In this document: positions 30,741-40,394 of the stretch, piece after piece
Numbering within the stretch: position 1 is the first letter of the stretch
Layout of the letters: each line of letters starts with the position of its first letter
From: an uncultured Clostridia bacterium
GTDB taxonomy: Bacteria > Bacillota > Clostridia > TANB77 > CAG-508
Direction of reading: 5' to 3'
Assembly (NCBI GenBank): GCA_963558405.1
Contig: CAUWGC010000003.1
Location: 32,001-96,000 of the forward strand
Length of the DNA: 64,000 bases
Notes under the pieces: generated by a model
Database searches by the model: none
Told to the model about the DNA's origin: nothing
Seen by the model: the letters and a program-made list of their open reading frames with translations, nothing else
Program-made: the position numbers and the translations under genes

Positions 30741-32150
30741 ATGGGAAAGGAAGAGAGTATATTGAATAAGCTAAAAGATTGGAAAGAAAGATTAAAAGAT
30801 AGACATATGTTCACATTGGTAATGTGTTTAGTTATTTCATTTATAATTATTACTGTACTTGGAATTTATATTTATAAAAAACAAAGAGAATTTAGATTAG
30901 CAAGTGAAAATCATTATAATATGGCTTTTTTTGAAGTTGTAGATTATGTAGGAAATGTTGAAACATATCTTGCTAAAGCTTTAATTTCTTCTACACCAGA
31001 ACATGGTGCAGAAACATTAACACAAGTTTGGAGAGAAGCAAACCTTGCACAAGCTTATTTAGCACAATTACCAATAGAAAATGAAGGACTTACAAATACA
31101 GCTAAATTTTTAAACCAAGTAAGTGACTATAGTTTTTCATTATCTAGAAAAAATATTAATCAAGAATCATTAACAGAGGAAGATTTAAAAAATTTAAAAG
31201 AAATGCATGATTATAGTGTACAATTAGAAAATACATTAAATCAATTATCTATGGACATGACTGAAGGAAGAATTAGTTGGGGAGAATTAACTAAAAAGGG
31301 TGAAATAGCATTTGCACAACAAGTAAGTAATTTATCTAAAGATAGCTTTAGTTCATTAGAAGCAAGTTTTCATGAATATGCAGGACTTATTTATGATGGA
31401 GCTTTTTCAGAACATATGACAAGTACAGAGAAAAAAGGCTTAACTGGTGAAGAAATTTCAAAAGAGGTAGCTAGGCAAAAAGTAATAGATTTTATTGGAC
31501 AAGAACAAATAGAAGAAATAATAGATAATGGAGAATCAGAAAATGGTGATGTTAATACATTTGATTTTAGTGTAAGACCAAAAAATGATAAAAACAATGT
31601 AATTACAATTTCAATTACTAAAAAGGGTGGACATATATTATTTATGAATTACAATCGTGATGTACTTTCAGAAAATATTTCTTCAGAAGAGGCTATAAAA
31701 GCTGGAAAAGATTTTTTAAATAAACATGGATTTTATAATATGAAGGAAACTTATTATTTAAAAGAAGAAGGAATTATAACTATAAACTTTGCTTATACCA
31801 AGGATAATGTTACTATGTATCCAGATTTAATAAAGCTAAAAATTGCTTTAGATAATGGAGAAATAATGGGAATAGAGACATCAGGATATTTGAATTCTCA
31901 TACAGAAAGAAATTTACCAACACCTAAGATATCAAAAGAAGAAGCCAAGAGTAGTTTAAATAAAAATTTAGAAATTATTAGTGAAGGATTAGCAGTTATA
32001 CCTACACAATGGCAAACAGAAGTATTTTGTTATGAATTCAAAGGAAGAATTGATGATACAGACTTTTTAGTATATATTAATGCAGAAAATGGTAAAGAAC
32101 AAGATATATTGGTAATTGTAAATACTCCAAATGGTACTTTAACACATTAA
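30741..32150 (+). CDS. ypeB: Germination protein YpeB
   Basis: KFLNQVSDYS, LIYDGAFSEH, YPDLIKLKIALDNGEI and PepSY-like C-terminus; exact start uncertain. Confidence 0.9.
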   Translation: MGKEESILNKLKDWKERLKDRHMFTLVMCLVISFIIITVLGIYIYKKQREFRLASENHYNMAFFEVVDYVGNVETYLAKALISSTPEHGAETLTQVWREANLAQAYLAQLPIENEGLTNTAKFLNQVSDYSFSLSRKNINQESLTEEDLKNLKEMHDYSVQLENTLNQLSMDMTEGRISWGELTKKGEIAFAQQVSNLSKDSFSSLEASFHEYAGLIYDGAFSEHMTSTEKKGLTGEEISKEVARQKVIDFIGQEQIEEIIDNGESENGDVNTFDFSVRPKNDKNNVITISITKKGGHILFMNYNRDVLSENISSEEAIKAGKDFLNKHGFYNMKETYYLKEEGIITINFAYTKDNVTMYPDLIKLKIALDNGEIMGIETSGYLNSHTERNLPTPKISKEEAKSSLNKNLEIISEGLAVIPTQWQTEVFCYEFKGRIDDTDFLVYINAENGKEQDILVIVNTPNGTLTH

Positions 32151-32270
32151 TAAAATAAGAAACTATTAACAAAGAATTTTGTTAATAGTTTTTTACTTTT
32201 TATTATTGTAAATTAAAATATTATAGAATATAATTTATCAAGATTAAATAAGATATATCAGGAGGAAAAA

Positions 32271-33674
32271 ATGGAAGAGAATAACAAAAAAATTACGGTA
32301 AAAAAAATATTAGAAATAACAAAAGGAATATTATTATCAGGTAAAGAAGAATTTGTAATAAAAACTTTTTCAAAAGATACAAGGAATATTGAAGAAGGAG
32401 ATTTTTACTTAGGAATAAAAGGCGAAAAATTTAATGGAAGTGTCTTTTATGAAGATGCGTTAAAAAAGGGAGCAATTGGAGCTTTAATACAAGATATAGA
32501 AATATCTAAAGAAGTATTACAAAAATATACAGATAAAGTTATTATTAAAGTAGAAAATGTTTTAGAATCAATGCAAAAAATAGCCGAATATAAAAGAAAT
32601 TTATATTCTATACCAGTTGTTGCAATTACTGGAAGTGTAGGAAAAACAAGTACAAAAGATATAGTAGCTAGTGTTATGGAAGAAAAATTTGATGTATTAA
32701 AAACACAAGGAAATTTAAATAATCATATAGGTTTACCATTTACAATATTAAAATTAGATAATCATGATGCAATGGTAATTGAAATGGGAATGAACAACTT
32801 TGGAGAAATAAGAACATTAACTAATATTGCAAAACCAACTTTTTGTATTATAACTAATATTGGTACAGCACATATAGGTAACTTAGGTTCTAGAGAAAAT
32901 ATTTTAAAAGCAAAACTAGAAATATTAGAAGGAATGCAAAATGGAGGAACATTATTAGTAAATAATGATAATGATTTATTACATAAATGGGTAGAAGAAA
33001 ACAAAGGAAAAGTAGATTTAAATATACTAACATACGGAATTGAAAACAAGAGTGATTACATGGCTCATTCTATTTGCAAAAAAGAAGAAGGTAGTATATA
33101 TAAAATAGATATAAAAGGAAAAACAGAGCAAATAATAGTACCAGTTCCAGGTATGCATTTTGTATATAATAGTTTATGTAGTATTGCGGTAGGAGATTAT
33201 TTTAATATAGATGTAGAAAAAGTAAAGCAAGGAATAGAAAAATTTAAATTAACTAAAAGTAGAATGGATATAGAAAAAATAAGAGATAACATTACAGTAA
33301 TAAATGATTCATACAATGCTAATTTTGATTCTATGAAATCTGCATTAGAATATTTGGGAAGTTTAAAAAATAGAAAAATTGCTGTACTAGGAGATATGCT
33401 AGAATTAGGAGAATATGCAAAAGATTTACATGAAAAAGTAGGAGAAGAAGTTGTAAAAAACAAAATAGATATTCTTATTTGTGTAGGAAATTTAGCAAAA
33501 AATATTGCAATAAAGTGCAAAAATCTAGGAATGAACGATGAAAATATCATTTATTTAGATAATAAAGAAGAAGCAATTAAATTATTAAATAGTATATTAA
33601 AAGAAAATGATAATGTTCTTTTAAAGGCTTCTAATTCTATGAAATTTTATGAGATATTAGATTATATAAAATAA
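32271..33674 (+). CDS. murF: UDP-MurNAc-tripeptide--D-Ala-D-Ala ligase
   Basis: DTR, AITGSVGKTSTK, EMGM, DSYNAN, LGDMLELG and LKAS motifs. Confidence 0.95.
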   Translation: MEENNKKITVKKILEITKGILLSGKEEFVIKTFSKDTRNIEEGDFYLGIKGEKFNGSVFYEDALKKGAIGALIQDIEISKEVLQKYTDKVIIKVENVLESMQKIAEYKRNLYSIPVVAITGSVGKTSTKDIVASVMEEKFDVLKTQGNLNNHIGLPFTILKLDNHDAMVIEMGMNNFGEIRTLTNIAKPTFCIITNIGTAHIGNLGSRENILKAKLEILEGMQNGGTLLVNNDNDLLHKWVEENKGKVDLNILTYGIENKSDYMAHSICKKEEGSIYKIDIKGKTEQIIVPVPGMHFVYNSLCSIAVGDYFNIDVEKVKQGIEKFKLTKSRMDIEKIRDNITVINDSYNANFDSMKSALEYLGSLKNRKIAVLGDMLELGEYAKDLHEKVGEEVVKNKIDILICVGNLAKNIAIKCKNLGMNDENIIYLDNKEEAIKLLNSILKENDNVLLKASNSMKFYEILDYIK

Positions 33675-33698
33675 TATTGTAAAAGAAAGGATTTTTTT

Positions 33699-34769
33699 AT
33701 GAAAAAAATAAAAATAGGTATTATTTTTGGTGGAATTTCAACAGAACACGATGTTTCAATTGTTTCTGGAACATCAGTACTAAAAAATATAGATAAAAAT
33801 AAGTATGAAATTTTTCCAATCTATATTTCAAAACAAGGAGAATGGTACGCTTATACTAAAGAAATTAAAAAAATAGAAATATTAGAAATAGGAGAAAAAG
33901 TAGAGCCAATTAAAAAAATTGAAAATCCATTTGAATATCTAAAAATGCTAGATACAGTATTTCCAGTTTTACATGGAAAAGGAGGAGAAGATGGCTCTAT
34001 TCAAGGAATGTTAGAATTTTTAAATATTCCTTATGTAGGATGTGGTATACTTAGCTCAAGTTTAGGAATGGATAAAGCATATACAAAAGTAATATTGGAA
34101 AAAGCTAATATAAATCAGGCAAAATATATGTATGTACAAAAAAGAGGAGATAATTATGCACGTATAAACAAAAATTTTGATGAAGAAATCCACAATTTAA
34201 AACAAATTTGTGGAAAAGTGGAGGAAAATTTAGGTTATCCTGTTTTTGTAAAACCATCAAATTCTGGATCAAGCATAGGTATAAAAAAAGCAAATTCTTT
34301 TGAAGAACTTGAGGATGCAATTATTTATGCTAGTAAATTTGATAACAAAATTTTAATAGAAGAAAATATAGAAGGGATGGAGGTAGAATGTGCTGTAATT
34401 GGAAATAAAAATGTTGAAGCATCTATAGTAGGAAGAATATTACCAGCAGAAGAATTTTATACATATGATGCAAAATATAAAAATGCTGAGTCAAAAATAG
34501 AAATACCAGCAAATCTTCCAGAAGAGATTATTAAAACTATTCAAAACAATGCTATAAAAGCATTTAAAGCAATTGATGGAAATGGGTTATCAAGAGTAGA
34601 TTTTTTTGTTAAAAAAGATGATAACCAAGTAATTTTAAATGAAATTAATACAATGCCAGGTTTTACGACAATTAGTATGTATCCAAAATTATGGGAACAA
34701 ATGGGTATAGGATATAAAGATTTATTAGATAAATTGATTAAGATTAGTATAGGAGAAAATGAGGATTAA
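33699..34769 (+). CDS. ddl: D-alanine--D-alanine ligase
   Basis: GG.STEHDVS, LHG..GEDG, VKP..GSS.G, YTYDAKY and NEINTMPGFT motifs. Confidence 0.95.
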   Translation: MKKIKIGIIFGGISTEHDVSIVSGTSVLKNIDKNKYEIFPIYISKQGEWYAYTKEIKKIEILEIGEKVEPIKKIENPFEYLKMLDTVFPVLHGKGGEDGSIQGMLEFLNIPYVGCGILSSSLGMDKAYTKVILEKANINQAKYMYVQKRGDNYARINKNFDEEIHNLKQICGKVEENLGYPVFVKPSNSGSSIGIKKANSFEELEDAIIYASKFDNKILIEENIEGMEVECAVIGNKNVEASIVGRILPAEEFYTYDAKYKNAESKIEIPANLPEEIIKTIQNNAIKAFKAIDGNGLSRVDFFVKKDDNQVILNEINTMPGFTTISMYPKLWEQMGIGYKDLLDKLIKISIGENED

Positions 34770-34771
34770 AT

Positions 34772-35338
34772 ATGGAATTAGAAGAAATAGAAAAAGAGGT
34801 AAAAAAAATACTTTCAAAAATAAGATATAAACATTCTTTAGGAGTAGAAAAAAGAGCAGAAGAACTTGCAAAAATACATGGAGTAGATATAAAAAAAGCA
34901 AAACTTGCTGGAATTGCACATGACATTGCAAAAGAGATGTCAAAAGAAGAAATGTTAGATTATGCAGAAAAGAATAACATTGAGATTTCTGAAATAGAAA
35001 AGATAATACCTAAGGTACTGCACGGAAAAATAGGAGCAGATATTTGTAAGAAGAAATTTGGATTTGATAAGGAATTGCAAAATGCAATTTCTTATCATAC
35101 AACAGGAAATCCTAAAATGGATAAGTTTGCAAAAATTATATATCTAGCAGATATAACAGAAGAAAATAGAAAGTTTGATGATATAGATAAAATAAGAAAT
35201 TTATCAGAAGTAGATTTAGATCAAGCAATGTTATATGCACTAAATCGTGAGTTAAAATCAAAAATTGAAGAAAATAAATTAATTCATCCTGCCACACTAG
35301 AAACAAGAAATGAAATTTTGAAAAATAGGCTAAAATAG
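34772..35338 (+). CDS. yqeK: YqeK family HD-domain Ap4A hydrolase
   Basis: RYKHSLGV, HDIAKE, LHG, HTTG and IIYLAD motifs. Confidence 0.88.
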   Translation: MELEEIEKEVKKILSKIRYKHSLGVEKRAEELAKIHGVDIKKAKLAGIAHDIAKEMSKEEMLDYAEKNNIEISEIEKIIPKVLHGKIGADICKKKFGFDKELQNAISYHTTGNPKMDKFAKIIYLADITEENRKFDDIDKIRNLSEVDLDQAMLYALNRELKSKIEENKLIHPATLETRNEILKNRLK

Positions 35339-35401
35339 GTTTATTTTTAAAGTTCATTATGATATAATGACTTTGCCATTTAAAAATGGGAGGATGTTGA
35401 A

Positions 35402-36313
35402 ATGATTTTTAAAGACTACTATAAAATATTAGACTTTGATACTAATAAAGTAACAATAGAAGATATTAAATCAAATTTTAGAGAGCTTGCAAAAAGATAT
35501 CATCCAGATGTTAACGTAGGTGATAAAGAAAAAGAAGAAAGATTTAAAGATATAAATGAGGCTTATCGTATTCTTTCAGATACTACTTCAAGAAAAAAAT
35601 ATGATAGAATGTGGAATTCTAATATTGGTAGAAAAAAGGTAAAACAAGAAGAAACTAAGTCTTCAGAATCAAGGAAAACTGATTTTTTACATATGTTTTT
35701 TGGAAACATGGAAGAAGCAACAGCTGAAGTTTCTAAAAAAATAGAAAAAAACAAAAAAATACCTGTAAAAGGAGATAATGTAGAAACACAAATTGTGATA
35801 TCAGTTAAAGAAGCTTTTTATGGTGCGGAAAAAAAGATTTCATTAAGAACAGTTGAAGGTAAAATGAAAACTTTTTCTGTAAAAATACCAGCAGGTATTC
35901 GTGATGGCGAAAAAATACGTTTAATAGGACAAGGTAAAAATGGTAAAAATGGTGGAAATAATGGAGATTTATTTATTCAAATAAAAATAGAAAACAGTAA
36001 AACCTTTAGACTAGAAGGATATGACCTTGTAACTAATTTATACCTAACACCATGGGAAGCGGTCTTAGGTACAAGAGTATCAATTAATTCAATTGATGAT
36101 AAAGTTTCAATATATGTACCACAAGGAATAGAAAGTGGGGAAAAAGTTAGAATTCCAGGTAAAGGATATAAAGATGGAAAGGGTTCAAGAGGAGATTTAA
36201 TTGCAGAAATAAAAATTTTAGTACCAAAAAAACCATCAGAAGAAGAATTAGAGTTATATGAAAAAATGAAGGAATTATCAAAATTTGATCCAAGAAAACA
36301 ATATGAGGTATAA
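35402..36313 (+). CDS. Class B J-domain protein (CbpA/DnaJ-like, no zinc finger)
   Basis: DYYKIL...YHPD...FKDINEAY J-domain plus DnaJ C-terminal repeats. Confidence 0.9.
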   Translation: MIFKDYYKILDFDTNKVTIEDIKSNFRELAKRYHPDVNVGDKEKEERFKDINEAYRILSDTTSRKKYDRMWNSNIGRKKVKQEETKSSESRKTDFLHMFFGNMEEATAEVSKKIEKNKKIPVKGDNVETQIVISVKEAFYGAEKKISLRTVEGKMKTFSVKIPAGIRDGEKIRLIGQGKNGKNGGNNGDLFIQIKIENSKTFRLEGYDLVTNLYLTPWEAVLGTRVSINSIDDKVSIYVPQGIESGEKVRIPGKGYKDGKGSRGDLIAEIKILVPKKPSEEELELYEKMKELSKFDPRKQYEV

Positions 36314-36339
36314 AAGTTAACATAAATTAGAATAAAATA

Positions 36340-36368
36340 TTGACGAATACAGTAAAACAAGCTATAAT
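36340..36368 (+). promoter_or_regulatory. SigA-type promoter whose -35 overlaps a Spo0A-box-like TGACGAA
   Basis: TTGACG-17bp-TATAAT; TGACGAA at 36341-36347. Confidence 0.6.
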
Positions 36369-36426
36369 AGTATATAGTTATAGCAAAAGACGAACTATGA
36401 AAAGTCATAGAAAAGGAGAGTGCAAA

Positions 36427-36945
36427 ATGGATAGCGTTCAAGGAAAACATTTTAGCATAACAGACCCAAAAGATGTAACAACTGTAATTTATCAAGTAAA
36501 TAAGACAGAAAAGGAATATTTAGATCAATTTCCTAAATACACTGTAGAAAGATTAGAATCTACAGAAGAATTAAGAGGAGAAGGTAAAAGAAAAACATTT
36601 TATGTAGACAACCCTTCGCCAGACGGAAATCAATTAGTAATTTTATCTTTTGGAAAAGAAAAAGTTGTAGTAAATATGGGTTTATTATATGGTGATAAAG
36701 TAAGAATTACAAAAAGACCAATTCCTGTTAAATTTGATACTTTGTATTCAGAAGAAGAAACAGAATACAAAGAATTTAGATATACACCAAATTTAAAAAG
36801 ACCTATATCTATTATCGACCCAGAAACAGCAGAAGAAGTAAAACCAGTACTATATTTTGATGAAGAAACAAATGAAATAAAAGGAAAGTGTAAATTAAAA
36901 CCATATAAATCTTATTTCGCATTCGAGATAAGAGAAGATAAATAG
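36427..36945 (+). CDS. Hypothetical protein (172 aa)
   Basis: AAGGAG RBS before ATG at 36427 (MDSVQGKHF); host-like codon usage. Confidence 0.8.
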   Translation: MDSVQGKHFSITDPKDVTTVIYQVNKTEKEYLDQFPKYTVERLESTEELRGEGKRKTFYVDNPSPDGNQLVILSFGKEKVVVNMGLLYGDKVRITKRPIPVKFDTLYSEEETEYKEFRYTPNLKRPISIIDPETAEEVKPVLYFDEETNEIKGKCKLKPYKSYFAFEIREDK

Positions 36946-36958
36946 AGGAGGATAAAAA

Positions 36959-37183
36959 ATGCCTACAAATGTAGCAAAAAAAGCTGTAAAGCAAAGACCA
37001 GCTGGAAAAGATGATAAAATTGTATTAAATGGAGTAACACCTAGAGAAGTTGAAACAGATAATGGAAGATATGAATTACAAACAATTCCTGGAAGAGAAT
37101 TTAGTTTTAAAAGTTTAGGAAGAGAAGAATACATAGAGATAAATGCATATCAAAACCAAAAAAGAAAAGAAGTTGAAAGATAG
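36959..37183 (+). CDS. Small hypothetical protein (74 aa)
   Basis: GGAGG RBS; operonic spacing. Confidence 0.75.
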   Translation: MPTNVAKKAVKQRPAGKDDKIVLNGVTPREVETDNGRYELQTIPGREFSFKSLGREEYIEINAYQNQKRKEVER

Positions 37184-37209
37184 TAATACAAAGGAAAAGG
37201 GTGTTTTAA

Positions 37210-39211
37210 ATGAATTATAAATTACAAGCAGCATTAAAAAGAAATAAAATAAGTTTTATAGTTATAGCAATACTATGGTTGATTATTACCATAGTATTTG
37301 TTGCGCCTTTAGCATGTACTATTGTGGAAGCTACTAATACTGGAAAACTAGAATTTGCGATTTTTTTAGAAAAGCTTCCAACATATATTACATCACCATT
37401 TAGCGCAGTAGGAAAGGCATTTTCAGATAATTATATAGGCACTTTTGGAAATACTTTGTTATCATTTACTATATTTTATTTTATTGTTTGCATTATTGGA
37501 ATTATTCGTGCTATGCCAAAAAATGAATATACAGATATTGAACATGGTTCAAGTGCATGGTGTGAACATGGAGAACAATATAAATTATTAAGTAAAACTA
37601 AAGGAATATTACTTGCAGAAGACCACTATTTACCAGTAGATAAACGTGGAAATATAAATGTATTAGTAGTTGGACGGTTCAGGTTCTGGTAAATCAGCAT
37701 CTTATTCTATACCAAATGCTTCACAATTATTAGGTTCATATGTTTTTACAGATCCAAAAGGAGAATTATATGATAAAACAGCAGGATTTTTAAAAAGTAA
37801 TGGATATGATATAAAAGTATTAAATCTAGTAAGACCCCAAAATAGTGATGGATATAATCCAATATTTCATATTACTAGCGAATTAGATGTAGACGTTATT
37901 GCAAATACAATAGTAAAAGGTCAAAAAACAGGAGATACATCAGATCCATATTGGGATGATATGGCTGAAATGTTATTAAAGGCATTAATATATTATTTAA
38001 TGGCAACTAGACCAAAAGAAGAACAAAACTTAGCAAGTTGTGCAGAATTAGTAAGAGCTGCAAACACAAATGGAGGAAGTAACTTATTAACAGAGCGTAT
38101 AAATGAGCTTCCATATGATCATCCGGCAAGAAGATATTACAAATCAATTGAAATAGCACCAGAAAAAACTTATGGTTCTATTTTAAGCTCATTACAATCT
38201 AAACTTGGTAAATTTGATTCAGAAGAAATTGCAGCGGTAACTTCAACCAATACAATAGATTTTATGGATATAGGAAGAAAGAAAACAGCAGTTTATGTTA
38301 TATCTTCTGATACTCATACAGCATACGACTTTTTATTAACAATATTCTTTTCTCAAATGATACAACATTTATATGACTTTGCAGATGAAAACGGAGGAGC
38401 TCTTCCAATGCCAACATATTTTATATTAGATGAGTTTGCAAACATTGGTAGAATTCCAGACTTTGATAAAAAGATTTCTACAAGTAGAAGTAGAAAAATT
38501 TCATTTAGTGTTATATTACAAAACTTAGATCAATTAGAAGCTGTATATAAAGAATCTTTTGAAACTATTATTGGTAACTGTGATACACACGTATTTTTAG
38601 GAAGTAACTCACAAAAAACAGTAGAATATTTTTCAAAAGCATTAGGAGAAAAAACAATTCAAAGAGAGAGTATTTCAATCAATCGTGATAGACAGCATCT
38701 AAAACAAGGAAGTAGCGAATCAGAACAGGTTATGGGAAGAGCACTTCTTACACCAGACGAGTTAAGACGTTTTGACAATGATTATTGTATAATATATGAA
38801 AAAGGTATTAAACCAATAAAGGCAAAGAAATATTATTATTTTGAAAAGCCAATTGCAAAAAGATTATCAGCAGTTAGATTAAATCATAACGAAGTAGAAG
38901 AAATGGATAGAGGAAGATGGAGAAAATATAATCCGTATAATCCATATGCTGAAGGCTCAAATAATAAACCAAAACAAGATTTAAAAGTAGAATCTTTAGA
39001 TGATTTATTTGAAGATGAGGAACCAAAAAAAGAGGAAAAAATAGATTTATTAAAAATGGAAGAAGAAGCTCCAGTATTACCACAAGAAGAAAAAATAGAA
39101 AATATAAAAGATGATATTACTGTAGATGAGCCATTTTCAGAAGATATACAAAAAGAGTTAGAAGCTAAATTTGACGAATTATTTGGACCAATGGAAGATA
39201 CGGAAGAATAA
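37210..39211 (+). CDS. VirD4/TraG-like type IV coupling ATPase, needs a +1 shift at CGG (37675-37677) in Walker A; 666 aa when joined
   Basis: Two TMs, HGSS.W, NVLVVG-(C)-GSGSGKS, TDPKGEL, YNP, LDEFANIG, SRSR and LQNLDQL..Y motifs. Confidence 0.88.
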
Positions 39212-39309
39212 AATAAAAGTCAACATTTTAAAAACAAATGTTTTGAAAAATGTTGACTTTTATTTTATTTATATATATAATCATACCCATATAAGAAAGG
39301 ATGAAAAAT

Positions 39310-40389
39310 ATGAAGTTTGTACATATTGCAGATTTACACTTAGATACACCTTTTACTAGTCTTAATTCTATAGAAGGTTTGGGTGAAAAAAGAAGATTAG
39401 AACAAAGAAAAGTATTAAAAGAAGCTGTGGAATATATAAAAAAAGAGAATATTCCTTATTTTTTTATAGCAGGTGACTTATATGAAGAAGGATATATAAG
39501 AGAGAGTACTATTATTTATATAAATCAACTTTTTAAAGAAATACCAAATACAAAAATATATATAACACCAGGAAATCATGATCCATTACTAAAAGATTCA
39601 TATTATTCAAAATTTACATGGAGTTCCAATGTACATATTTTTACAGATAAACTACAAAAAATAGAAGAGCCTGAATGTAATATTTATGGTTTTGGATTTA
39701 ATGATTTTTATATGTTACAAAATCCTTTAGAAAATTTAAATATCGAAAATAATGAAAAAATAAATATATTAATAACACATGGTGCATTAGATGGAGGAAA
39801 AGAGGATAAACAGTATAATCCAATACCAAAAGGACTTTTAAAATCACTAAATTTTGATTATGTAGCATTAGGTCATATTCATAAAACAAATTATAATGAA
39901 AATGAAAAACAAACAATTCTTTATCCAGGTTCTACAATCTCTTTTGGATTTGATGAATTAGGAAAACATGGAATGTTAGTTGGAGAAATTAATAAAAAAA
40001 ATACTAATGTTAAATTTATACCACTTGATAAAAAAGAATTTATAGAATTACCAATAGATATTTCAAATATTATATCAAAAGAAGAATTAATAGAAAAAAT
40101 ACAAGATTTACAATTAGAGACACAAAATTTATATAAAATTATTTTTACAGGTACAAGAAATTTTGAAATTGATACCTATGAAATATTAAAAAGTATAGAA
40201 AAAGAAAATATTGTAAAAATAAAAAATAAAACAAAAATAAAATATGATTTAGAAAAAATAAAAAATGAAAATACATTAAGAGGAATTTTTATAAAAAAAA
40301 TATTAGAACAAAAAGATAATTATCCAGAGGATTTTATAGAAAATACTTTAGAAATTGGATTAGACATTTTAAATGAAGGGAAGGAGTAA
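39310..40389 (+). CDS. Mre11/SbcD-like metallophosphoesterase (DNA repair exonuclease)
   Basis: HIADLHLD, AGDL, PGNHD, THG and YVALGHIH motifs. Confidence 0.88.
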   Translation: MKFVHIADLHLDTPFTSLNSIEGLGEKRRLEQRKVLKEAVEYIKKENIPYFFIAGDLYEEGYIRESTIIYINQLFKEIPNTKIYITPGNHDPLLKDSYYSKFTWSSNVHIFTDKLQKIEEPECNIYGFGFNDFYMLQNPLENLNIENNEKINILITHGALDGGKEDKQYNPIPKGLLKSLNFDYVALGHIHKTNYNENEKQTILYPGSTISFGFDELGKHGMLVGEINKKNTNVKFIPLDKKEFIELPIDISNIISKEELIEKIQDLQLETQNLYKIIFTGTRNFEIDTYEILKSIEKENIVKIKNKTKIKYDLEKIKNENTLRGIFIKKILEQKDNYPEDFIENTLEIGLDILNEGKE

Positions 40390-40394
40390 GACTC

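Noticed and set aside
37670-37672. TTG start for a separate VirD4 ATPase ORF, and the similar ORF-track starts at 30371, 43668, 47686 and 53825
   Set aside because: No convincing RBS, and the residues before the CGG site do not fit the family motifs in that frame.
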